Source of the DNA: Lama guanicoe
Lineage: Eukaryota
Assembly (NCBI GenBank): GCA_013239625.1
Contig: MU056050.1
Span: 7,145,838 to 7,209,837, forward strand
Length of the DNA: 64,000 bases
Direction of reading: 5' to 3'
The notes under the pieces were generated by a model. The model was not told the origin of the DNA, searched no databases, and saw only the letters and a list, made by a program, of their open reading frames with translations. Made by a program: the position numbers and the translations under genes. Below are positions 49,920 to 60,660 of this stretch, one piece after another. How positions within the stretch are numbered: position 1 is the stretch's first letter; each line of letters opens with the position of its first letter.

Positions 49920-51020
49920 TAGTTGAATAATTATATCTACTTATTGAGCACATTTTGCCAGGCATAGTAAATACTGGGCAATTTATATTGAGCAAAGCGT
50001 CATAAATGACTTTTTGAGGGAAGTATACTTAGAGCCCCACTTTATAGATGAAAAAAACAAAGGCTCAGAGAGGTTAAACGACTGTTAGAAAGTGGCCTTG
50101 AACACCATGTATAATAGAGCATAAATTGAACCCAGGCAGATTTGGCTTTAACACACTGAAGTTTACTCCTTCATTGTTTTACAACTGTGAAATATAGATA
50201 TTTCCCTGTTTTAGCTAAGACTCTGAGATGTAAAGTAACTTGTTTAAGTTCCTAAAAGGCAAAGATGAGATTTGAAACTTGGTCTGTCCAACTGAAAAGT
50301 CAAAACTTTCTGCTGCTCCAATATCTTATTTAACCTTCATATCCAACTAATTGGTAAGTATTATTATAAACCTCATATTCTTTATTCACATACTATTACA
50401 GAGAACCTGATATGTACAAGTCTTGGTCCTAGAAATTCAAAGCTGTAACAAAATATGACTTCTTCCCTCAAGACTTTACACTCGGCTGGGGATGCCTGCT
50501 AAATGACACAGTCATGTACCAGGTGCTATAGGAGAGACATCAAGAAAGGCATCACGAATGTTAGGAAGCTTGAAATACGGCAAGAGGAGAAAAGAGGCTC
50601 AGAAAGTTTAAATTACTTGTCCAAGAGACACAGCTAAAATGTGAGAAAGCCCAAGATTTGAATCCAAATCGGCCTGATACCAATTTATGTTCCTTGAAGG
50701 CCAGGGCCAGCCATACTCCTTTTGCATACCACAGCTCCTAGCAGAGTGCCTGGGACTGAGGAAATGTTTAGAATATGTTTAAACAGCTGAATTTCCTTTC
50801 CTGAGGCCCAGCAACATGATGTAGCCCCACAATTCTAGGTGTGAATGCAAAAACATTTTTCTTAAGGTCATGACTCGTAATTACTTCTGACTGAACCATA
50901 ATCATGATCATCACCCTTGATGGTGAACTCACTCTAGGCCAGGCAGTGGCTAAGCTATTTACAGATACTATCTCATTGAATCTCTACCGCCACTCGCTGG
51001 GGTAGGTACTATTTCTCCTT
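49920..51020 (-). mobile_element. Cluster of MIR and L2 fragments
   Basis: Several MIR cores, e.g. aggctcagagaggttaa and gaggctcagaaagtttaaattacttgtccaagagacacagct. Confidence 0.6.
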
Positions 51021-51714
51021 AATCTAAAACACTAATGCTCCCATTGTGTCCACATAATTGGCCTGAAGACACACAGGCAGGAAGAGACTTTAGGCAGCAT
51101 GATAGCACAATAGGTGCTCAGTAGATGGTAGCAGTTACAGTGAAAAGTAGAATGCAGGTCTTTTTGACAGACCATCTAAGACAGCTAAAAATCCCAAGGG
51201 CTCACCAGTTCTACCCAGTGAGTCCTAAGGTCTTGCACATTTATGCTGTCTTTTCAAGTAATACACTTTATTCTGCATTATAAGAAAGGCATACATTTGG
51301 GGGTCCAATTAAATATAAAACACTATGTAACTTGAGCACAGATATGTGTCTAATTGGCTCTGAAAACTAACCTTTTCATTTGCATTGAACCCATTTAACA
51401 AATCACTGGGTAATATTAAAAAAGCAGAACTGGCAATGTCACAGGACTAGAAATGGACATGAAACAACCATTTGTAAAATAAAAGAATGCTTCTATTCAT
51501 TATTATCTGAAAAAAATCTAACTACTGTATCTCCTAAAACTAATAAGACAGCAAAATTCCAAAATTCAGGAGGAACAGAACAATTAATAGCACTGAGCAT
51601 TTATAAGGAAAACAGGGGCTTAACAGATTTCTATGGTGAATGAAAGGGATTGTGAGAGATGGTATGTGCTGCCAATATAGGCTATTTTTATACATTATAA
51701 CAACTCTGGACTAG

Positions 51715-52827
51715 TGCGTTAGGATTCTCCAAAGAAACAGAGCCAATGGGATGTATATATACATATATATGTATGTATATATATGTATGTGTATACATGT
51801 GTATGTATATCTAAAGGGAAATTTATTTTAAGGAACTGGCTGATGTGATTGTGGGGGCTGGCAAGTTTGATATTTTGTAGGGCTGGCCAGCGGTCTGGAA
51901 ATTCTGGCAGGCATTAATGCTGCAGTTTTGAGTCCAAAGGCAATCTGGAGGCACAATTCTTTTCTCCTTGGAGGGTTTCAGTCTTTTACAACTGATTGGA
52001 TGAGGCCCACCCACATTAAGGAGGGTAATATATTTTACTCAAAGTCTATTGCTTTAAATGTTAATCAGATCTCAAAAATACTTTCACAGCAACATCTAGA
52101 CTAGTGTTTGCCCAAGCAATGGGGTACAAGAGCCTAGCCAACTTGACACACAAAATTCACCATACTGTATGACCCATGAATCCCACTCCTGGGCATATAT
52201 CCAGAAGGAACCGTACTTCAGGATGACACCTGCACCCCAATGTTCATAGCAGCACTATTTACAATAGCCAAGACATGGAAACAACCGAAATGTCCATCAA
52301 CAGATGACTGGTTAAAGAAGATGTGGTATATTTATACAATGGAATACTACTCAGCCATAAAAACTGACAACATAACGCCATTTGCAGCAACATGGATGCT
52401 CCTGGAGAATGTCGTTCTAAGTGAAGTAAGCCAGAAAAAGAAAGAAAAATACCATATGAGATCGCTCATATGTGGAATCTAAAAACCAAAACCAAAACCA
52501 AAACCAAAAAAACAAAGCATAAATACAAAACAGAAACAGACTCATAGACACAGAATACAAACTTGTGGTTGCCAAGGGGGCGGAGGGTGGGAAGGGATAG
52601 ATGGGATTTCAAAATTGTAGAATAGATAAACAAGATTATACTGTATAGCACAGGGAAATATACACAAGATCTTATGGTAGCTCACAGAGAAAAAAATGTG
52701 ACAATGAATATATATATGTTCATGTATAACTGAAAGATTGTGCTCTACACTGGAATTTGACACAACATTGTAAAATGATTATAAATCAATAAAAAAATGT
52801 TGAAAAAGAACAAAATTTACCATTACA
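51715..52827 (-). mobile_element. ERVL LTR (MLT2-like), split near one end by a young L1
   Basis: TG...CA ends with a perfect 5-bp TSD ACTAG (51710-51714 and 52828-52832). MLT2 motif ttaggattctccaaagaaacagagccaatggga. Confidence 0.85.
52166..52809 (+). mobile_element. Young 5'-truncated L1, same family as 3035-4142
   Basis: ORF 52240..52482 is the L1 ORF2 C-terminus. TSD is approximately ACAAAATT(C/T)ACCAT at 52150-52163 and 52810-52823. Confidence 0.92.
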
Positions 52828-52968
52828 ACTAGTATATTCAAGCAGGCTGGGAGGAGTACATCTGGACTAAATTGGTAGGAATACTAGGAAGAGGCATCTG
52901 TAGTACAAGTAGATTAAATGAAGGAGAGCAAGAGGCTTGGGTGTGACAGTTGTTGCTTTAAAATGAAT

Positions 52969-52974
52969 TTTATT
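52969..52974 (-). terminator. Distal polyadenylation signal AATAAA of ENOX2
   Basis: Plus-strand TTTATT near the end of unique sequence, ~140 bp before the MLT2/L1 composite. Confidence 0.55.
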
Positions 52975-54704
52975 TAACTTAAATAAGAAATGATAAGTGG
53001 CAAATTTCTCTTGATTTCATAGATATTATTAAGACAAGGCATTCCATAACCCCTGAGACAGATGAATGAAAGCCTTCTGTAGTATTGATGACAGAGATGC
53101 TTCAGTGAGGAAGCTAGTGTAAAAATAACCCTTGCTTCCTGATGGTGCCACAGCTGGATGCTTAAGGGGGAAGCCAGCTTTCAGCATGAATGGGCTGCTG
53201 TGGAATCCTATTTCTAGCTGTCAAAGCAGAAGGTTTAGCATCTTCTTCCAATATTCTGGTAACTCAAAGGAGGAAATTGAGATGATTTACTAAAGTATTA
53301 TTTAGAGAGCAAGCAATTCAAAACAGGACACCAAACTGAGGTATAAAAAAGGAATATTTATCTTTTAAAAATACAACTTTGAACACTACTGACATCTGAT
53401 TTACAAAGTATTTTCCTGAAATCTTCTCCATTGGCTTTGCTGACTTAGTACATTCTCTTATTTTCAGATTCAAAGGAGGGCAGGCTTATGTCATTAGACC
53501 TAACACCAGAGAAGAAAAGATCCTCTCTGCTTCAGGATATTTGCCCCAGACTTCATCTTTTCCCTTTCTTTTCCATCAAGCTGGACTTCCTGACTGGTCC
53601 ACACACACTCTGCCATTGTAATCTGCTGATGGGCACTGCAGAGCTGGAGCTGTCCCTGGCACTCAGCACTCCACGTAGAGCTGACCTATTTGCAGGAAGC
53701 TTCACAACCCTGACCTATTATTTATTCATAACCAAGAATTTTCTATTAATACTCATCAGAACTCTTTGCAAACATTCAGCATGAAGTAAACATAATATTT
53801 ACAGCAGTACATGGTTTGCAATTCAACACACTGATAGCAGAAGAAGGGGGACCACCAGACTTTGTAAGAAGGACAGAGGGGAAAGCATAGTAAAATAAAT
53901 CCCTTCTGCTAATGTGTGTGTGTGTGCACGTGCATGCACATGCACACACATGTTTTTAATTCATAGAAAACTAAACATGCCCTCCTTTAAAAGCAGACTA
54001 TTTACAAGATGATTCTGAATACCACATACACATGCCAGTCATACTGGACACTTGCTTGCTGTGAATACATCTAGGTTTTTTTTTTTCATTCTGAAATAAA
54101 CCTTTTATCTGATACATTAGAGAAAATAACTTCGAAACATTTGTCAACTTTTGGTTCACAGTAATTTTGCAAAAAGCCACAAACCATGCTTTGTCTTTTA
54201 AAAGGTGAACCTGGTCAAGCACCTTCGAGAAGACACTGATGTGTTAGTCACTTACTGGCCTACTGGGGATTGGAAAGACAATGTCAGTTATGGAGTCCCT
54301 AGTGCTCCTCTCAATTCCTCTCACCAATAGCAACATTAAGGGAAAAGAAGTTCTAAAACACAAACCACATACAAATCATCAAAACATTTCAGTTATCAGA
54401 GTTTAAAAAAATACCACAGTCTACAACAGTAGTATAGACACTGAAAACACCCCAAATACTCTTTAGCCTCAGGCCTTTTTAATACTACCAATAAAAAAAG
54501 ACAACCAGTTGACAGAAAGGGGGGAAATTACAGCACTTGAGGTTTGAGTCAATTTCTTTATAGTGCCTGTAGCTCAAGGTGCTGCTCTAGGATCCTTATT
54601 TTAACTCAAAAGATATTCCAGGAATGAATTGACAAATTTAAAGCAATTTCCACTTGCAAACCATTGAAAACACAATATCACTTTCCAAGTTTGTCCAACA
54701 CACA

Positions 54705-54710
54705 TTTATT
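54705..54710 (-). terminator. Candidate proximal polyadenylation signal of ENOX2
   Basis: AATAAA 31 nt after the stop, followed by GU-rich GTGATATTGTGTTTTC about 25-40 nt downstream. Confidence 0.4.
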
Positions 54711-54741
54711 TTCAGGATCCCAGGTTGTCAGGCAAAGGGAT

Positions 54742-54873
54742 TCAGGTCAGTTTCAAGCCCTCAAAGCCACAGAATTTCCATCTCTTCTCCAGACTGGCTC
54801 CTACTCCAGTCATTTCCTGCTTGAAGGTATGCTGGAGTCGGCTCATGAGACATTCCACATCACTGGTGCAGAT
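54742..54873 (-). CDS. ENOX2: ENOX2 terminal coding exon, ICTSDVECLMSRLQHTFKQEMTGVGASLEKRWKFCGFEGLKLT*
   Basis: Acceptor tcttctctgtcccacag, then 43 codons and TGA. Matches the recalled ENOX2 C-terminus (TGVGASL motif) rather than ENOX1. Confidence 0.96.
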   Translation of the reverse strand: MCTSDVECLMSRLQHTFKQEMTGVGASLEKRWKFCGFEGLKLT

Positions 54874-55084
54874 CTGTGGGACAGAGAAGACATCACTATT
54901 CAAAACCAGTCCCACTTTCCTAATCTGGCTTTTCCCCCAGCGTTGTTTTGGATTGCTGATGCCTGTGTGGGGTTGACCTTCTCCTCCTTGTGTGTATGTC
55001 CATATTGGCTGAGTGGCTTCCAGATGGCAGCCTTCCTCTGCTGTGGCCACTAGACAGAGTCCACTGAGCTTTCTGTTTCTGTAT

Positions 55085-55390
55085 TTCATACCGACTTTAT
55101 TTAGGTATAATTTACATACAGTAAATTCATCTATTTGACATGTATACTTCAATGAGTTTTAGTAAATTTATACAACTATGCAACTGTCACCACAATTCAG
55201 TTTTAGAACATTCCATCACCCCCCAAACGTTCCTTTGTGCCCCTTTGTAGTCAATCCTCACTCCCAATCCCTGACTCAGATTTTTTCATGGTGGTTTTTC
55301 ATTTTCTGGAAATTTCATATATATGTGATCGTATAATATATAGTCTTTTGTGACTAGTTTCTTTCACTTAGCATGATGTTTCTGAGATTG
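55085..55390 (-). mobile_element. L1MB 3' fragment in the last ENOX2 intron
   Basis: ctttatttaggtataatttacatacagtaaattc...ctttcacttagcatgatgtttctgagatt. Confidence 0.75.
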
Positions 55391-57101
55391 ATTACCATCG
55401 AAGTTTCTAATGGAAAGAGCTGGTGTCAGTCGTGTTGAGAGGCCTGGGTATGCAGCTGGCTGAATGACGACTTATCAGTGCTGGTGATGTTATGTGCAGG
55501 CCCACTGGAGCTGCAAAGCCTTTGGGGAGGAGAGGGAGGCGGAAAGGGCTGCCAGAGCAGAATTCTTCACACATGTCTTAGTTCACAAAGGAAAAGTGAC
55601 AGGAATCGGGACCGCTCTGTGGTCCTACTTCTGTGTATTGTTTCCCTCTCCCCACATCTCTCTCTCTCTCTCTCATACACACACACATCAATATAAAAAC
55701 AAAACCAAATCTGTGGGCCTTTAGGGGTTTGCTTTAGGTGGTCACCTTTATGTTAGTAGCAATTTTCCTAACTGTGAACCTGGGTGCTAGGGCTTGGCTG
55801 AAGAGCACTAGGGGATCCTTAAAGAAACCCCAAGTTACTGTCACACCGAATATTCCTAAAGCTGGTGGGAGGTACCAGCCCCAAATTCTGTTGGTACCTT
55901 TGCAGTCTCTCTTTGGGAGCCCCTGGCACTACCTTGGCAGGAAGCTGCTCAGGAGGAACTGGGACTAGGCTAGGTGTGAGGTCATGCTTTGTCCCCAGTG
56001 TGGCAGCAGACTGTATCCATTAAATGAAAGAAGCACATTGCAGAGTATCCTGTAGAGTTGAATCTCCATTTCAAAAAAACATAAGTATACAATGTGTATA
56101 GATCTATACATACAATATAGGTACAGCAGATGTATAGAAAACAGTCTGAAATGAGATAGGCGAAACTGTTAACATTGGTCATCCTGGAGGGGTGTTATTG
56201 TGGGGAACTGTCACTTCCCCTTTACTGCAGTTCTAAATTGCTTACATTTTAAAGAGAATATGAATTCATTATTTTTGCAATTAAAGAAACCATAGATCAT
56301 TTTTACTGACATATACTTCAATTTCCAACCACTTCGACTGACCACTTGGTCCTGGTGCTCACATTCCATCCTTCCCTCTACTGCCAAATGGGCCGGCTGC
56401 TTAATGGCAGAATAGCATCACTTCCCGGAGATAAACATTGCGGGCAGTGCTAGCTAGAATGAAAACAAATGCCATGAGGAGGATGTCTCACCACAGCTGG
56501 ATTCCCAAATTGGCCCGTGCCTCTGTTAAGAGGACATATGTTTAAATGGCTTAACATTTTGGACATCTGACTGTCAGGAATCTGCATTCCAGTGGCACTT
56601 CTCAAAAGGCCCAGATCCTGTGAAATAGTGAGTGCAATCCATGAGCAGGTTTAACTGGATGCTGCATCTGAAAAACTCTATCATGAGTTCACTTACTCTG
56701 AGGGGTCAAGAGTCCCCTCCTGCTTCTATGAGGCACCCCTGACTTTCTATGGAACTAGCATTTACCCTTGCCTTAATGCCTTTTGAGTCCCCTCACAGGA
56801 TAGCATCCAGTGAGATCAACTGTGAGCAAATATTCAGTCTGTATTATAGACTTATTGTTCCAGCTTCTTTTACCGCTGCCTTGATTGTGTCATTGTGGAA
56901 AATGGCAGTGGTGATGGTGATGGTCAGGGAGGTGGTTGGAGTAAGACTTCCAAGACTTTGAAAATGAACATTTGCTAATGGCTAAAGGACCAGGGCAAAA
57001 GTTTGATTGGTGAGAAATATTGGTTAAAATTTTGGTTATTTAGCATCTGATATGTAAATTAAGAGAAAGAAGGAACATTCTTCTAAGATATGTTTTGGAA
57101 G

Positions 57102-57215
57102 TAGGGTGGTCAACTCATTCAGGTTTGCCCAGAACTTCCCTGGTGTTAGCACTGGAAGTCTCAAGTCCCAGAAAACCCCTCAGTCCCAGCCAAACAGGGA
57201 CAGATGGTCACCCTC
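57102..57215. mobile_element. MER81-like hAT MITE
   Basis: 114 bp with TIRs tagggtggtcaac / gatggtcaccctc and a degenerate 8-bp TSD (tttggaag / cttgtaag). Confidence 0.8.
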
Positions 57216-57377
57216 CTTGTAAGAGAGAAACTCTACACTGAATCACAGTAGGAGGCTAGGTGAGAGAAATTTCCTTATAACGATTACTAATGACTTATTT
57301 ATGCTTGAGAAGAGTGAGATCACCTGTTCACAAAGAACCTACATCCCCTTGCATGCCCATCTCAGGCCCCCACATAC

Positions 57378-57463
57378 CTTATTATCTAGACGGTGCAGGT
57401 AGGAGCAGATGTATTCAATGCTTGCTCCAAATGGGTGGACATGAAGGAATGTGGAGATAATCC
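57378..57463 (-). CDS. ENOX2: ENOX2 penultimate coding exon, (G)IISTFLHVHPFGASIEYICSYLHRLDNK
   Basis: Acceptor tctacag, 86 bp, phase 1/0, donor gtatgt. Carries the HVHPFG motif typical of ENOX1/ENOX2. Confidence 0.96.
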
Positions 57464-57549
57464 CTGTAGAGACAATACCATGGAGGTAACCCCTGAACAT
57501 TGTGTTCTTTGAGATGTCACAAGGTAGTGTATAGCATGAGCCAACTCAC

Positions 57550-57775
57550 GTGTACACCATATTATGCCTTAGACACTATTCTAAGTTTACATATATTTTA
57601 CTCATTTAATCTTTTCAACAACGCTGTGAGGTAGGTATTACCATCTCCATTTCACAGATGAGGAGACACTGAGGCACAGAAAGTTTAAGTGACTTGCCCA
57701 AGGTCATACATCTGATAAGGGGCAGAGCAGGTATTTGAACCCAGACAGTTGCTCTTAACCACTGTGCATACTGCC
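57550..57775 (-). mobile_element. MIR SINE
   Basis: ccatttcacagatgaggagacactgaggcacagaaagtttaagtgacttgcccaaggtcataca. Confidence 0.88.
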
Positions 57776-59394
57776 TCTCATTACACTGTATTACATGTGG
57801 AAAAGGTGGCATTTGAAGAGTCACTTCCATCATTTGTGATGGCTAAACACCATTTGAGCTCTCCATTTTACAATGAATTTAGAGTTTTACAATGAATTTA
57901 GATTGTGCTTGGCTTTTGCAGTTCCTCTGTACTGTCTTTAAATTGGATTTTAGCCTCTTATGCATTTAATAATGTCTTGCTGTTGTGGCAAAAGTACAAA
58001 TCATGTACTTTGCCTGATTAACCTTGTGATTCTCACAAGAGAATCTGCTGATTGTATTTGGGTTTGATTCTGTGAGTAACTCTGTAAAGAAAAGCCAAAC
58101 ATTTCATCCACTCAAGTGGTGACTAGTATTTTGTTTGTCCTCAGAGCCCTGAATCTCTTTAAGCATCAGAATTCTTATAATAGTTTCTAGCCTCCAGGAA
58201 TGTGTATGATTTCTACTCAGCATAACTCTGGGGTGATTGGCAGCTACATATACCGCCTTGATTATTCTGGACATCAGGTTAATTGTTCTAATACTACTTC
58301 TTTTTCTGGCAACAGGTAGAATACAAATTGTTCAAAAGTCTACTATTTTTCCTTTATTTTTTTTGAATTCACCTCCTTTCATAAGATGTAAGGTATATCA
58401 AAAGACCTAGAATTGTGTTTGCTGAAAATTGCCAGGAAATAAGTGCTAAATTTGATTTGGTTTATAAACTACAATTTGTCTATCCCTTTAAGCAACTGAC
58501 AAAGACTATCGCAAGTTTAAATTGTAGTTTGAGGTTCAAATCAGTTCTTTGTGAAGATCCTCCAAATATTGGATGGCACGGGGGTGTGTTGGGGGATCAA
58601 GGAGGAACTGATGGTAGAGTTCAAAATCTATTCAAAAATGGATACTATTACTTATGACACTATATTACTCTTAAATGACTTGGTAAACTGAATTTCTAAA
58701 CACTGACTCAAGCTGAGAAACTTAAATTCTGAAGAAGACAGTCTGTGTTCAAAGAAATTCTAGATGCTATGGCCAAGAAAGGCTGTCAAACACCAAGAAA
58801 TATCTCCGTAGATTTCAAAACACATAGCAGTTTTTGTGGGTTCACACCCAAAGAACCAATTTAAAAAATAGATTTTCCTTTCTGTCAGCTTGAGACTAGT
58901 TTCTTTAAAAAACAAAACATGAAACACTTATCTTAAGAATCTTTGTTTCTAGAGCTATCCCTTTACAGAGGCTTCCTCCTACCCATGGCTCTTCTCTGAC
59001 AGGTCTCCCTGTTGCCATGCCAATTTGTTAAAGAACTTTGAGTCGGGAAACGGAAATAAGTTGTCACTCTTCTTGAAGACTCAATGGCAGATCCCTCTGT
59101 GCATCTTTATTAACATATCAAAGTATTAAATCTGAGTACAATATCCATTACCAAAGGAGGCAGATACAACTTTAAAATATGCAGAAGTTAATTAGAGGGG
59201 AGAACTTTTGAGATTGGGGTGGGGCTACTGTGTGGCTCAGCTTCCTGAAAGGCAGCTGGGATTATCTGCTGAGGCCCAAGATCAGCCCCTTTTAAATGAC
59301 TGAATATTTTAAGATCTCAATCTGCCACTGTTCTCCAAATAGAATATAAAGTCAACAAGCATTTGTGAATAGAGTGCTGTCAGTGCAAAATGGT

Positions 59395-59600
59395 TCTCAT
59401 TTATTGAGGGCTTACTATGGGCTGGGCACTGTGCTAAGTGATTTAGATGAATTATCGTGTTTAATACACGCAGCTGTCCTTTGAGATAGGTAATATTATG
59501 ATGCCCATTTTGCAGATGGAGGAACTGAAGCGCATGATGGAAACGGTGGGGTGAAGACAGAAAGTCAATTCTGTCTGACTCCTTAACCATTTATGCTATC
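59395..59600 (-). mobile_element. MIR SINE
   Basis: catttattgagggcttactatgggctgggcactgtgctaagt...cccattttgcagatggaggaactgaag. Confidence 0.82.
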
Positions 59601-60107
59601 TTGCCTTTGTGAATACATTTTTATGTAATTCTAGCATTTATCTCATCAGAGCCCACCAGTGGCCAACAGCCCATAGACAGCCCCCCGAGTCATCTGCCAG
59701 TAACCTGAAAAGACTTAAGAGAGACACATATTTCTTCCAGAGGCTTGCCTGGAGAAGCTCTCTGCCAAACAATGTCTGCATTGTCCCCTTGAGAGCTCAC
59801 CTCACTTCTCAGAGATTTTAAAAATCTACAACATGTTTCTCCAGCGGACCCCCTCTTAGCTTAGTGCTCATACCAACACACTTGATGTGACAGTGGCAAC
59901 AAGGAGCTTGAAGAGGGCTGGGAGCTGCTTTTATCATTTTTATTAAAATCCATACTTGTTCTTATTATGTCGTCTTCAGGACTCTGGGTCATTGCACTCA
60001 TACTTTATAAATGCTTGGTATGCGCTTATTCATCTTACATAAATCCTCCCCCCTGCCCCTGCCCTGTGACTGTTCTTTATATATTGAATATGTGTTAGCT
60101 TCCTTAC

Positions 60108-60216
60108 CCACTAGCAGTGCTTCACGTTCAGATTTGATGGGACTGCTGTTCAGGGTCTTCTCAAGAGGGTAGTCACTATCCTGGCTCGAGGCACACATTC
60201 TAGAGGCACAGTTCTC
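60108..60216 (-). CDS. ENOX2: ENOX2 coding exon (3rd from last), ENCASRMCASSQDSDYPLEKTLNSSPIKSEREALLV(G)
   Basis: Acceptor ttcccacag, 109 bp, phase 0/1, donor gtaagg. Contains the CxxxxC motif described for ENOX2 and overlaps ORF-track 59998..60198. Confidence 0.95.
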
Positions 60217-60499
60217 CTGTGGGAATAATGTCTCCTGGGTCAGTGCCCCTTATTTGGTAACAGATTTGGTTTCAATTACACAAGAAAACTTCTTAACAGC
60301 ACCCTGAAAGCAATACTGTGCAATTTTGATTACTGAATGGGAGGGAAAATAGCCTAAATTACAAAAGCATCATCAATAATCCAAAACTTCTTTATAAGGC
60401 TTCCAAACACACAAAAATTTAGACATTCACCTTCACTAGATTTTTTTCTTCTGCTTTCATCATTCTTGACTCTATACAAGAAATTTGGGGAAACAGACC

Positions 60500-60660
60500 C
60501 AACGTGTATTGTCTATGAGATGCCAAGCACTGTTCGGTATGTTTTATCTCCATTCTACAGGTGAGGGAAGTGAGGTTCAGATAAATTATGTAACTTGCCT
60601 AAGATCACATCACTGGGAAGTGGTAGAGCCAGGATTTCATACCAGGACACCCAATGTGAA
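60500..60660 (-). mobile_element. MIR SINE
   Basis: ccattctacaggtgagggaagtgaggttcaga...taacttgcctaagatcaca. Confidence 0.72.

Larger units (their letters stand above)
52950..54741 (-). other. ENOX2: ENOX2 3' UTR (long form, ~1.8 kb)
   Basis: Repeat-free stretch running from the stop codon to a minus-strand AATAAA at 52974-52969. The exact cleavage site is inferred. Confidence 0.65.

Noticed and set aside
3011..52763. Many 60-120 aa ORFs in the track (e.g. 3129..3491, 10315..10512, 25325..25627, 52240..52482 and their antisense partners)
   Set aside because: They are fragments of L1 ORF2 or its antisense strand, broken by stops and frameshifts, not host genes. No intact L1 ORF1 or ORF2 is present.
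53445..53499. Minus-strand acceptor-like site followed by SNDISLPSFESENKRMY* as an alternative ENOX2 last exon
   Set aside because: It needs a phase-2 donor. The penultimate exon ends in phase 0, which would give V-stop, and the site lies within the presumed 3' UTR with no supporting evidence.
54664..55152. ORFs 54664..55053 (+), 54725..54976 (+) and the N-terminal part of 54742..55152 (-)
   Set aside because: These are antisense shadows of the ENOX2 last exon, or intronic/L1 read-in upstream of the true acceptor at 54874.
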